From assembly GCA_040754455.1 (NCBI GenBank), contig JBFMCP010000008.1:1-30429 (forward strand): a DNA stretch of 30,429 bases, in the 5' to 3' direction. This document shows positions 6,850 to 15,327 of this stretch, piece after piece; position 1 is the stretch's first letter; each line of letters starts with the position of its first letter. The notes beneath the pieces are model-generated. The model searched no databases and had not been told where the DNA came from. It worked only from the letters and a program-made list of their open reading frames with translations. The translations under genes and the position numbers were made by a program. The stretch comes from Nitrospirota bacterium. Its GTDB lineage: Bacteria > Nitrospirota > Thermodesulfovibrionia > Thermodesulfovibrionales > Dissulfurispiraceae.

Positions 6850-7172
6850 CATAAAATTTCATCAACATATTTTTCTGATCTTCGTTACCATTCTTCTTTG
6901 AGTCCCACAGAGAACCTTCCATTCATCAGGGAATCAGCCATCCTCCCCTTCGGGCTCGCACTCAATGCGGCCCACCTTACTGATGCTGTTGGCACGCCCA
7001 TTCTCCTTGTCGGCCTCTCAGGACCAGGTCTGTTGTACGGGCTATGCCTAACCGTTGTTCCCTTCACAACAGGTTCATCATGTCCAGGACTGCTCCACAC
7101 CTTTTTCCTGACCTAAGCTTTTTCCCCTGAAAGGAAAAAGCCGCCTCCCCTCATGGATGAGGGTCTTAGCCG
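6850..7172 (-). ncRNA. Putative bridge/seekRNA of the IS1111-type element (boundaries approximate)
   Basis: Structured non-coding right end: hairpins 7117-7141 and 7148-7163, closed by CTAAG/CTTAG. It contains target-matching segments at 7086-7092 and 6975-6980. Confidence 0.6.
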
Positions 7173-7173
7173 T

Positions 7174-8196
7174 TCACCTCGTGCTCAGCAGCCGATAATC
7201 ATACTGCCGTCTGTCACGAAGGACGTAAAACATGATCTGTATCAGCGCAAGCCCAACCAGGGCCGTCTTAAACCCCCGTCGCTTTGCTACCTGCTCATGC
7301 CACACCCTTAAAGGTCTGCTCTCTGCACTCTTGCTCCTAAGCACCGCATGCGCCCCCTGTTTGACCACCCCCCTGACCTCGCTACGCTCCTCCCTGGTGA
7401 TATGCCCATACTCCGTCCGCTCTCTGCTGCTCCTCACAGAAGGCACCAATCCGCAGTAGCTGGTCAGTTTCTTTGCACTGCCAAACCTCTTTACGGTATC
7501 TATGGCCGCATAGATCGTCTTGGAGGCTACCTCTCCCACCCCAGGAACACTCTTCAGCAGCTCTATTTCGTTGTTCTTGTATTTGCCGATCACTTCATCC
7601 AACTGCCCACGCTCTCTGAGCAGTTCTTCGATGGATCTCCGGTAGCTCTCTATCACCGGCTTTAAGTGCAGAGGGATATCTTTGCTCTTCTTCAGCTCTT
7701 CAAATATCTCTCCATCACGGAAGGCCTCGGCTTTCAGCTTTACCCCCTCCTGCCTCAATAATCCCCTCAGTTGGTTCATCAGGCTCGTGGCGCTCTTTAC
7801 CAACTGCTGCCGTGCCCTCAACAGGTCTCTTAGCTCTCTGATGTCGCCTTCTGCCATGTGTATCTTCTCCGGTAATCCCTCTATCCTCAGCAACTCCGCC
7901 AATACCTTCGCATCTACTTTATCGGTCTTCCGCTTCGTCTCGGCGATCAGCTTCACTTTGTTGGGATTCACTACATATACCCCTACCCCCATCTTCGTGA
8001 GTAGATCGTATATCCATCGACTGTGCCCTCCGGCCTCTAACGCTACTTCTATAACCTTGTCTTTCCATTTCCTGAGGTATCCCCGGTATCCTTCTTTGTC
8101 CGTCGGGATCTCTTTGCTCTCTACCTTCCTGCCCCTCCGGTCAACCACATACACATAACTGCTCTTGCTTGCTACATCCAATCCCGCATAGTACAT
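7174..8196 (-). CDS. IS110-family DEDD transposase/recombinase
   Basis: N-terminal GLDV, ALEAGG and KTDKVDA (DEDD RuvC-like); C-terminal SVPGVG..F.S.KKL.SYCGLVP...SS; SD GGGGAG. Confidence 0.95.
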   Translation of the reverse strand: MYYAGLDVASKSSYVYVVDRRGRKVESKEIPTDKEGYRGYLRKWKDKVIEVALEAGGHSRWIYDLLTKMGVGVYVVNPNKVKLIAETKRKTDKVDAKVLAELLRIEGLPEKIHMAEGDIRELRDLLRARQQLVKSATSLMNQLRGLLRQEGVKLKAEAFRDGEIFEELKKSKDIPLHLKPVIESYRRSIEELLRERGQLDEVIGKYKNNEIELLKSVPGVGEVASKTIYAAIDTVKRFGSAKKLTSYCGLVPSVRSSRERTEYGHITREERSEVRGVVKQGAHAVLRSKSAESRPLRVWHEQVAKRRGFKTALVGLALIQIMFYVLRDRRQYDYRLLSTR

Positions 8197-8485
8197 TTCG
8201 GCTCCCCTCTCCTCATCGTATTTACTTGACTCAGGGTAGTACTATTCAGGGATGTTGTCAGCCTCTACTGCTATTCATAGTATCTCCTTACCAGGAAATC
8301 CGAAACTCCAAGCATGAAATTCCAGGCGCGCACCTCTAACGGATGAAAGAATTCCAATGCGTAACTAAACTTACTTAAATTGTAGTAGCAAATCGCATAA
8401 AAGAAAATATTCTGCAGTGCCCCCTCCCGCCTTTACTCACGTATGCATCTTTAAAAAGGCAAGTTCTGCGTAGGGCATAGACGGC

Positions 8486-10192
8486 TTAATGTATGACCCA
8501 ATCGCTTTTTTGTATCAGTTCGGGAGTAGGGCCGGAGGTCAACTGGACGATGTAGCAGCCCTTTGCGGCATAGCGCTGTCCGGGGCCGAAGCTTACCCGT
8601 GGATAGACAGCAATGGAATAGGTTTGATCATTGGCCATATCAATCACATCGAGGAAGTAGTCGCGGTAGAAATCGCTCTGCATCATCATGAGCGCCTCGG
8701 AAATCATCCAGCCGACAAAATACATCCTGGATTGAATGGCGAAATTGGTGACCGGGATCTTTTTGATCCTGAGCCAGTTCTCTATGACGAGCCTGCTCCG
8801 GTGCTTGTCCCGCGGCAGACGGTAAGGGTAAGCGATATAGGTGAACGGGCGGATACGTTCCGGAACTGCGGAGAGCGCAGTGTCGAGCAGGCTTGCTGCC
8901 ATGAAGACCATTTTCGGTTTATGGGGGCTCTTAGCAAGCGCTGCGATGGTATCGAGATCTTTCGGCGAGAGCCATACCACCAGAATCGCTGCAGGATATG
9001 TGTCAGCCAGCTTGCTCCAGAATTCCGTGGTGGCCGTCTCTCCGGGAGAGAGAGCTCTGTCTTCGGGCAGGGGGAGGCCGAGCTTTCTCCTCGTCTCTCT
9101 GAAGGCCCTTGAAAGAACCATGCCCTCACGGGTATTTCGAAATACCTGAATGACTGGAACATCTGCCGGCAGATCCGCTAAGGAGCGGAGATACCGCGCC
9201 ACGGCTTCCCCTTCCTGATAAAGACCCTTGGAGAAATAGAGCGTATACCAATCCGTCTCCGTTATTACCGGGTAGTCGGTGATAGGAAAGATGCAGGGGA
9301 TTTTCTGCTGTTCGCAGAACCGGTGTATGGGGTCCCACCCGAGTGTCGTGATGCCTCCAGCAAGGGCAAATACCGGCTCTTTTTTGTAATAGGCCTCAAG
9401 CTGGCTCTGCCAGGTTTCGGGTGCGCCTTTCAATTCCCATGTCGACAGTGCGATTTTGCGGTAGGAGCTGTACATCTCTTCAAGGAAGGGGCCTCCGTGC
9501 TTCGCCCGTTTTTCCTGATGTCTCGACTGGGATGTCCTGTCACGAAAGTATGCCGTGAGGGGAGCAAGCATCGCTTCACGGTCCTTTTGCGGCACCTCAT
9601 CGGTAATGACAGTAGCGAAACGGAGTGTTGTGTCTGTTACACCGGGAGAAAACTCGGCGGAAAGATTTTTCAGGTAAAATACCATGATCTCCATGTCGCG
9701 TTCGGAGAGCATGTAACGCGGCATGATGTCGTTGAGCTTCCTGCCTTCCGGATCCACTCCTGCCAGGAGCGCCATCGCAAGCGATGTATCGGTGTAAGCC
9801 GGCCGTATATCGCCGCCCGAATATTCTTTGGGAAGCTGCTCTTTGGGGGCGCCGATCACTCCCTGTCCACGGGGCAGGGGCTTATAGAGTGCCGCGCCGT
9901 TCGTAGGCGGAGTAAAGACCGTACCTTCGTTCGATCCCAGGCCGCTCCTGAGATGGCAGCTCACACAGGTGAACATCGTCCCCTCAACCGGGATATCCCC
10001 TTCGACAACTGCCTGCATGGGTTCACCGGAAGGCAGGATCCCCTCACGGTACATTCTCTCGCCGAGCCTCAATGCCTCGTCCCTGGAGAACCCTGCAATG
10101 AGATCTCCTGCCTCTGCCGCAGTGGTCCATAGGGCGATCACTACCGGCAGGAGCATGATGCAACGCTGGAGAGAAGCGGGGATCCTGATCAT
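8486..10192 (-). CDS. Exported cytochrome c / periplasmic-binding-protein (type I, branched-chain-like) fusion
   Basis: Signal peptide, single CVSCH and a distal MPRY, followed by a PBP1-like region (PVFALAGG..W.PIH.FCE..KIPCIFP). Start moved to ATG 10192, which overlaps the SCO stop (ATGA). Confidence 0.8.
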   Translation of the reverse strand: MIRIPASLQRCIMLLPVVIALWTTAAEAGDLIAGFSRDEALRLGERMYREGILPSGEPMQAVVEGDIPVEGTMFTCVSCHLRSGLGSNEGTVFTPPTNGAALYKPLPRGQGVIGAPKEQLPKEYSGGDIRPAYTDTSLAMALLAGVDPEGRKLNDIMPRYMLSERDMEIMVFYLKNLSAEFSPGVTDTTLRFATVITDEVPQKDREAMLAPLTAYFRDRTSQSRHQEKRAKHGGPFLEEMYSSYRKIALSTWELKGAPETWQSQLEAYYKKEPVFALAGGITTLGWDPIHRFCEQQKIPCIFPITDYPVITETDWYTLYFSKGLYQEGEAVARYLRSLADLPADVPVIQVFRNTREGMVLSRAFRETRRKLGLPLPEDRALSPGETATTEFWSKLADTYPAAILVVWLSPKDLDTIAALAKSPHKPKMVFMAASLLDTALSAVPERIRPFTYIAYPYRLPRDKHRSRLVIENWLRIKKIPVTNFAIQSRMYFVGWMISEALMMMQSDFYRDYFLDVIDMANDQTYSIAVYPRVSFGPGQRYAAKGCYIVQLTSGPTPELIQKSDWVIH

Positions 10193-10773
10193 TTGGAGAG
10201 TCCTTTCTGATATTCTTCCATGAGCTCTCCAGTGCCGATGAGTCCGTAGATGCGTACCCATGCGTCATTGCCCGGAAACCGCAGGAGCGTTAAAGGATAG
10301 TGCGCCATTTTGTTCGGGACATAGGCATCAAAGGCCCTCATGACGCGGTCGATATCCTCTCGTGTCCCTGTCAGGAAGTCCCATCCCGGTTTTGCACGGT
10401 ACCGCTTGAGATATTCCCGCATGACTTCCGGCGTATCATGTTCGGGATCGATCGAGATGGAAACGAGCTGCACGTTCTGTGCAGCGGGGCCGAGCTTTTT
10501 CTGGAGATTCGAATAGCCTGCGGAAAGCACGGGGCAGATGGTGGTGCAGGTCCCGTAAATGAAATCGAGCATAACCGGCTTATCCAATTGAAGGAGCTTT
10601 TTGAGCTTCACCTTAGCGCCGTCCTGGTTGATCAGGACGACATCGGGAATTGCGTATTGCTCGACGGTCCTCTTGTAGCGCTGTTTCGTTTCAGCCTGCA
10701 CGGAAGAGAGGGGAAGGAGAGAGAGAAAAGAAAGAAGACAAAAAACAGATAGAAAAATCCGGGACCGTCTCAT
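10189..10773 (-). CDS. SCO1/SenC-family copper chaperone
   Basis: Signal peptide, FIYGTCTTICP (CxxxC), SISIDPEHDTPE, WDFLTG and a conserved His (AHYP). ATG 10773 follows SD CAGGAGG. Confidence 0.92.
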   Translation of the reverse strand: MRRSRIFLSVFCLLSFLSLLPLSSVQAETKQRYKRTVEQYAIPDVVLINQDGAKVKLKKLLQLDKPVMLDFIYGTCTTICPVLSAGYSNLQKKLGPAAQNVQLVSISIDPEHDTPEVMREYLKRYRAKPGWDFLTGTREDIDRVMRAFDAYVPNKMAHYPLTLLRFPGNDAWVRIYGLIGTGELMEEYQKGLSK

Positions 10774-10988
10774 TATATAAGCCTCCTGCAACAATAAATA
10801 ATGTGCGAGCTCCTCTCACACTATATCACCCCGCAGCTGTCTTTACAACTGTAATTTTAGGTGCAGACATATCTCTTTTTTAACAAAAAGGACTTACATA
10901 TTTGAGCCACGGGCAGGGAGGGACACTCAAAGGAGCATTCTCATCCGCACCCCTCCCTGTCTGCTGAGCGCAAGTTCTCAGGAGTTCG

Positions 10989-11999
10989 TTAGGTTGTCCG
11001 GAGGAGGGAAAGGTTACCGAAGAGTATGGGCCAGGATGCGATGGCGAGGAAGCAGAGCATAAAGATGATGCTCAGCGTGACCCATTGCTGCTCCGATTTC
11101 CTGATAACCTCCTTAAGCGATTCGATCTGTTTCAGAGGCTGGGCGATGCCGGGCAAAAGGCCGAAGAGTACGCCGCCGAACAGGCTTATATAGAGCGGAT
11201 AGCCGATGAAATGATAGTTTTTCTGCAGGACATCGAAGGGACAGTGGTGGGAGGGCAGTTCATAAAAGTAGAGGGAAATAAATGAGACCATCGCAGCGAG
11301 AGATACGAAGAGCGCGGCTCCTGAGAGCAGCGTAAGGAGATAGCGTAAAATTCCCGTTTCGTGCTTCCGGCAGAGCAGTGCAACGGTCAGAAAGAGAGCC
11401 AGGGTCCCGTAAAAGATGAGCATCGTCTGTCCGGGAGGAAGTCCCGCGAGCTCGCCTGCCACGCTGCCGTCATTATCGCTGAAGAGGGAGCCGCAGCAGG
11501 AGGTGATGACCTCGGGCTCCAGGCCGAGGAAATACCCGAGCTGGAAGAAGAGGTCCAGCCCGACAAGCACGGTGAGCATGAGCAGTGCCACATATTTGGG
11601 CTTCACCAGCGGAAAATTGATTGCCTTTTGGTCGAGGGAGTTCAGCATGATCCAGAGAGAGGCGGCAAAGAAGATGATGATTTTTGCATACAGCGCATAC
11701 CAGCCGATGGGATTTGCATTCAGAGAGCCGGTGGCGCACATGGCGCCGACAAATACTTTATGGAGATCATCGACGGTGTACAGGAAGAGCAGGCCCGAGA
11801 GCAGTTCGAATCCCAGCGCATACTTTATGATAGAGGCAATGAGATAGGTCTGCCGCTCAAGCGAGAGCTGTTCTTCCGAGCTGCTCTCGAAATCCCATCG
11901 TGCCAGCACCCTGATGCCAGCAGCACTTGCGTAGAGCAGCATGACGAAAACGACCGCAGTTCCCGTGATGAGCGCAAGAATGCCGGGGTGCAGGATCAT
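10989..11999 (-). CDS. Polytopic membrane protein with Cys/His motifs
   Basis: About 8 hydrophobic segments; loops GAMCATG, TSCCGSLF and HHCPFD. Translationally coupled to the ABC ATPase. Confidence 0.8.
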   Translation of the reverse strand: MILHPGILALITGTAVVFVMLLYASAAGIRVLARWDFESSSEEQLSLERQTYLIASIIKYALGFELLSGLLFLYTVDDLHKVFVGAMCATGSLNANPIGWYALYAKIIIFFAASLWIMLNSLDQKAINFPLVKPKYVALLMLTVLVGLDLFFQLGYFLGLEPEVITSCCGSLFSDNDGSVAGELAGLPPGQTMLIFYGTLALFLTVALLCRKHETGILRYLLTLLSGAALFVSLAAMVSFISLYFYELPSHHCPFDVLQKNYHFIGYPLYISLFGGVLFGLLPGIAQPLKQIESLKEVIRKSEQQWVTLSIIFMLCFLAIASWPILFGNLSLLRTT

Positions 12000-12688
12000 C
12001 GCTGCACTACTCCCTCAATCCTGCCGTTTCTCATTCCGATGGTTTTTGTAATGAAGGGATGCTCGTGGACGAGCGGGTCATGGGTGGCGATAACGATAGT
12101 TTTGCCTTCCCTGTTCAACTGCTCCAGAATGGCGAGGAGGTCGGTGGCGAGCTGCCGGTCGAGGTGAGCGGTCGGCTCATCGGCGATGATGACCGTCGGC
12201 TTGTTGATAAGCGCCCTGGCGATCGCGACGCGCTGCTGTTCACCGCCCGAGAGCTGCTTTACTTTGAGATGCCTTTTCGCTCCGATGCCGAGCGTATCCA
12301 GAAGACGGTCAGCCCGTTGCTGCATAGCCGGCACGTCGATGTCGACGGGATAGAGGGGCAGAAGGACATTATCAATTACACTGACGTCGCGCAACAGGTT
12401 GAACTGCTGAAAAATGAAGCCGAAAGTACTGCGCCGTATCGCAGTGAGAAACCGCTCGGGAAGTTTCGCTACATCTCTGCCCTCCACCACAATGCGGCCT
12501 GACGTTGGTCGTCCCATGCATCCGATAAGGCTGAGCAGGGTTGTCTTTCCGGAGCCGCTGGGTCCTTTAAGGGCAACGACCTCTCCGCGGTTTATTTGTA
12601 TGGAAACGCCTTCCAATGCCCGCATCTCATCCGGTTTGCGGGGATTGTAGATCTTTGTTATCTCTTCAGTATGGATGAGGTGTTCCAT
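11996..12688 (-). CDS. ABC transporter ATP-binding protein (LolD/MacB-like)
   Basis: Walker A GPSGSGKT, FIFQQFNLL, LSGGEQQRVAIARAL, ADEPT, ATHD. Confidence 0.95.
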   Translation of the reverse strand: MEHLIHTEEITKIYNPRKPDEMRALEGVSIQINRGEVVALKGPSGSGKTTLLSLIGCMGRPTSGRIVVEGRDVAKLPERFLTAIRRSTFGFIFQQFNLLRDVSVIDNVLLPLYPVDIDVPAMQQRADRLLDTLGIGAKRHLKVKQLSGGEQQRVAIARALINKPTVIIADEPTAHLDRQLATDLLAILEQLNREGKTIVIATHDPLVHEHPFITKTIGMRNGRIEGVVQR

Positions 12689-12695
12689 AGTACGG

Positions 12696-13853
12696 TTACG
12701 TCCTCATGACGCTCTCAGGGTCGGTAATCGCCGCCTTCCATGAGGGGACGATGGTGCTTGCAATGTAGGGGACAACGGTCAAAAATCCCATGACCGTTAT
12801 CTGGTAGAAGTCGATCGACGGCGTGAGCCTGAACTCGGGGAACAGCACCGACCAGCCTTTGATCACCGGCGCCAGAAGAGAGGCGCTGAAGAAGAACACA
12901 TGGACATAAGCGGCGATACTGCCGAGGAGGAACGAGGTGAGTGAAAGCGCAGCGCCTTCCCAGAACTTGAGCTCAAGGATATCCGAGGTATCCCACCCGA
13001 TGGCCTTGAGAATGCCGATCTCGCGTTTTTCTTCGGCACTGATGCCTGTAGCCTTGTCCCAAGCGAGAATGCAGAAAGCGATCAGCGCAGAGGAGAAGAT
13101 GACGAGCATCATGCCGCTCCGCCAATTGAAGACCGCATCGTAGGTCCTGATGATCTCATTCTTTGTGATCGGTCGAGTGTCGGGAAGGACCTGCCTGATC
13201 TTGGCGGCAATGGTCGGCACTTCGCGTTCATTATGCACCTCAACGGCGATATCAGTTGCCCTATCTGCAGGCAGGCCAAAAAAGCGCATGAGCTCACCCC
13301 TGGTCAGGACAACGAGATCGTAGGTGAGAAGATTCGATTGCGCACTGAAGGTGCCGGTGATCTCGTAGGCAGTGCCGGTATTGTGACTGTCCACAATAAT
13401 CAGTTCATCGCCGACGCCGACAGATCGCACAGCTGCCACTCCTGTTCCGATCGCGCATTGTCCTTTGTCGGAAGGGAGGCTGCCCTCGACCAGATGCAGA
13501 CCGGGCATGCCGGTATCAATGCCGAGCACCGTATAATTGGAGCGCGTCAGGGCATCGTAGTAATAGCCCCAGTGGCGAGGCGATGCCTTTTTCACCCCGC
13601 GGATTTTCTCGACGGCCCTGGCATACTGCACCGGAATGAGATCGTGCCTGCCGGCAGCCATTTTCTGCACCACGAGATCAGGGGCATCGAGGAGCAGGAA
13701 CGAGGCCTCCTGCTTCAATGCATGGGTGAGGAAGAGAATCGAGGCAAGGAGCATTATGGTAAAGGTATAGACGAGAAGGATGGCAAGGTTCTTATACTTC
13801 CTCCGAACCAATGAAGAAAGGGCATACTCCAATATTTTGATGTGGCGTCTCAT
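12696..13853 (-). CDS. ABC transporter permease (FtsX/LolE/MacB-like)
   Basis: N-terminal TM, large periplasmic loop, EKREIGILKAIGW motif and three C-terminal TMs. ATG 13853 with SD GAGG. Confidence 0.9.
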   Translation of the reverse strand: MRRHIKILEYALSSLVRRKYKNLAILLVYTFTIMLLASILFLTHALKQEASFLLLDAPDLVVQKMAAGRHDLIPVQYARAVEKIRGVKKASPRHWGYYYDALTRSNYTVLGIDTGMPGLHLVEGSLPSDKGQCAIGTGVAAVRSVGVGDELIIVDSHNTGTAYEITGTFSAQSNLLTYDLVVLTRGELMRFFGLPADRATDIAVEVHNEREVPTIAAKIRQVLPDTRPITKNEIIRTYDAVFNWRSGMMLVIFSSALIAFCILAWDKATGISAEEKREIGILKAIGWDTSDILELKFWEGAALSLTSFLLGSIAAYVHVFFFSASLLAPVIKGWSVLFPEFRLTPSIDFYQITVMGFLTVVPYIASTIVPSWKAAITDPESVMRT

Positions 13854-13873
13854 AGCCTCATCAATTATACCAC

Positions 13874-14185
13874 CTACCGTAGCGGGAAGACGGGATCGAC
13901 TGAAAAAGTGCGGGGCGCAATGAGCGAGCCTGCAGGGAAGTGCTCGAAGGATGCAGGGAAATCCTGGAAGGGAGTGAACCAATCCGCCTGCGACGGGTGC
14001 CGCGTATAGCGGGCCTCTGTCCAGAGTGAAAGATCGGTGAGCCTGAGTGATGCAACCAATTCCCGCAAGGCGGGGAGCTCGATCCTGTCCCGTTCCTTGG
14101 TTGCAAGGGTGCCGTAGAGGGAGAGCATGAGGAGAATGATTACTTCAGCGAATAGTATGCCTATGAATACTTTATGTTTATTCAA
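13874..14185 (-). CDS. Small membrane-anchored hypothetical protein
   Basis: One N-terminal TM then LTDLSLWTEARYTRHPS..PFQDFP..FEHFP. Overlaps the upstream nosL-like gene within the operon. Confidence 0.7.
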   Translation of the reverse strand: MNKHKVFIGILFAEVIILLMLSLYGTLATKERDRIELPALRELVASLRLTDLSLWTEARYTRHPSQADWFTPFQDFPASFEHFPAGSLIAPRTFSVDPVFPLR

Positions 14186-14666
14186 GATCCTTCATCACCT
14201 CCGGGGTAATATCCTTGAAGGTGAGGATTTTCTTCCCTTTATGGTCCCGCAGGAACTCTTTCGCGTCCTTCATATTCTGGAAAGGCACCAGTTCTTTGCC
14301 CATGGGGCCGTACATATCGCTTCCCATAACGTAAAAGGCCTTGGTCCCGTCAATAGGCTTCAGCGTGTAGTAATCGGTGACGAAGAGGGAGGCGATAGCG
14401 TTCCGCTCTTTCGAGGGCGTGTAGCGCTTTACGGCAAAAAGATACTTGAACAGATCTTTGGGACCGTCGAAGACCGCGTAGGACCCGTCGCTGAAAATAG
14501 CCTGGGCGATCCAGTCAGGATACTTTGCGACGAACATGCCGCATACGGGACATTTATCCTTCGTCGTAGGCATAACAGGAGCACGCTCTCCTCCAAACGA
14601 CGGCGCGGTTGCCAATAAAATAATGAGAACTATTGTTCCTGCAGCTTTTTTATATGTATGCTTCAT
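14178..14666 (-). CDS. NosL-family copper-binding accessory protein
   Basis: Signal peptide, CPVCGM, FDGPKD, YVMGSD..GPMG.ELVPF....A..F..DH.G. Confidence 0.9.
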   Translation of the reverse strand: MKHTYKKAAGTIVLIILLATAPSFGGERAPVMPTTKDKCPVCGMFVAKYPDWIAQAIFSDGSYAVFDGPKDLFKYLFAVKRYTPSKERNAIASLFVTDYYTLKPIDGTKAFYVMGSDMYGPMGKELVPFQNMKDAKEFLRDHKGKKILTFKDITPEVMKDLE

Positions 14667-14692
14667 GAAGCCTCCCTCTTCGCCGGTACGAC

Positions 14693-15196
14693 CTAATGCT
14701 GGTGCTCCTTGTTCTTCATTTTCATCATTTTTCTCTTCTCACGGATCATTCTGGTGTCCTGGTACATATCTTCGTAAGCTGCCTTCATCGCCTCATCGAA
14801 GGTGACGACCGTTCCCCCGTTTTCTTTGACAAACTGCTCCGCAGCACCCTTTTGCTCGAAAGCCCATTTCGCACGCTTCGTCATAACGCCGGGCTTGTTG
14901 CCGCCGAGCACCCAGAAGGCTTTCTCGGCATCGATAAGCTTTTTGGAGCCGTAATCGCCGACGCCGATCATCTTCGGTGTTTTATCAATATGCAGTGAGA
15001 GATCGATGGCGGCGCAATGAATGCTGCAGGTTCCGACTGACGCGCCGTCATCATAGTCGATGAGCATGCGACTGTGAGAGAATTTCTCCCTGTCCATCCC
15101 GCAATACGTGCAGGACCGAGCCTTCTTCACGTCTTCCTGTGCAAAAACGAGTGTTGCCAGTAACAGCAGAACTACGGTAAAAGCTCCCCTTTTCAT
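14693..15196 (-). CDS. NosL-family protein, second paralog
   Basis: Signal peptide, CTYCGM, CSIHC, LIDAEKAFWV.G....GVM, AF....A..F..ENGG, Met/His-rich tail. ATG 15196 follows SD GAGGAG. Confidence 0.85.
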   Translation of the reverse strand: MKRGAFTVVLLLLATLVFAQEDVKKARSCTYCGMDREKFSHSRMLIDYDDGASVGTCSIHCAAIDLSLHIDKTPKMIGVGDYGSKKLIDAEKAFWVLGGNKPGVMTKRAKWAFEQKGAAEQFVKENGGTVVTFDEAMKAAYEDMYQDTRMIREKRKMMKMKNKEHQH

Positions 15197-15291
15197 ACCC
15201 TGCTCCTCCTCATAAAAGGTTCTCAGAGCACCTCGTATCCCCACAAGAAAATGTATAACAAAAGCAGCGGTAATGCAAGGGGTGGTCGTAT

Positions 15292-15321
15292 TTGACTAAA
15301 AACTTCTCCTGACGGTACAAT
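15292..15321 (+). promoter_or_regulatory. Putative sigma70 promoter of dnaE
   Basis: TTGACT (15292-15297), 18-bp spacer, TACAAT (15316-15321), ending 6 nt before the ATG. Confidence 0.6.
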
Positions 15322-15327
15322 TTCCGC

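Larger units (their letters stand above)
6826..8285 (-). mobile_element. IS110-family element, IS1111 subtype (~1.46 kb)
   Basis: Transposase 7174-8196. Subterminal IRs ATGAATAG (6829-6836) and CTATTCAT (8271-8278). Shared core CTCC at both junctions (6824-6827, 8284-8287). Long non-coding region 3' of the transposase. Outward-facing TTGACA (6843-6848, minus) and GATACT (8279-8284, minus). Confidence 0.88.

Noticed and set aside
6997..7001. AUGGG in the IS RNA as a donor-binding guide
   Set aside because: It is only 5 nt, and I found no matching second donor guide for AGATACT.
6595..7116. Track ORFs 6595-6852, 6600-6848, 6829-7116 and 6885-7100
   Set aside because: They have no motifs and cross the IS boundary or lie in its non-coding end. 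The third minus-strand frame (6647-6817) has the SD and the CPxC motifs.
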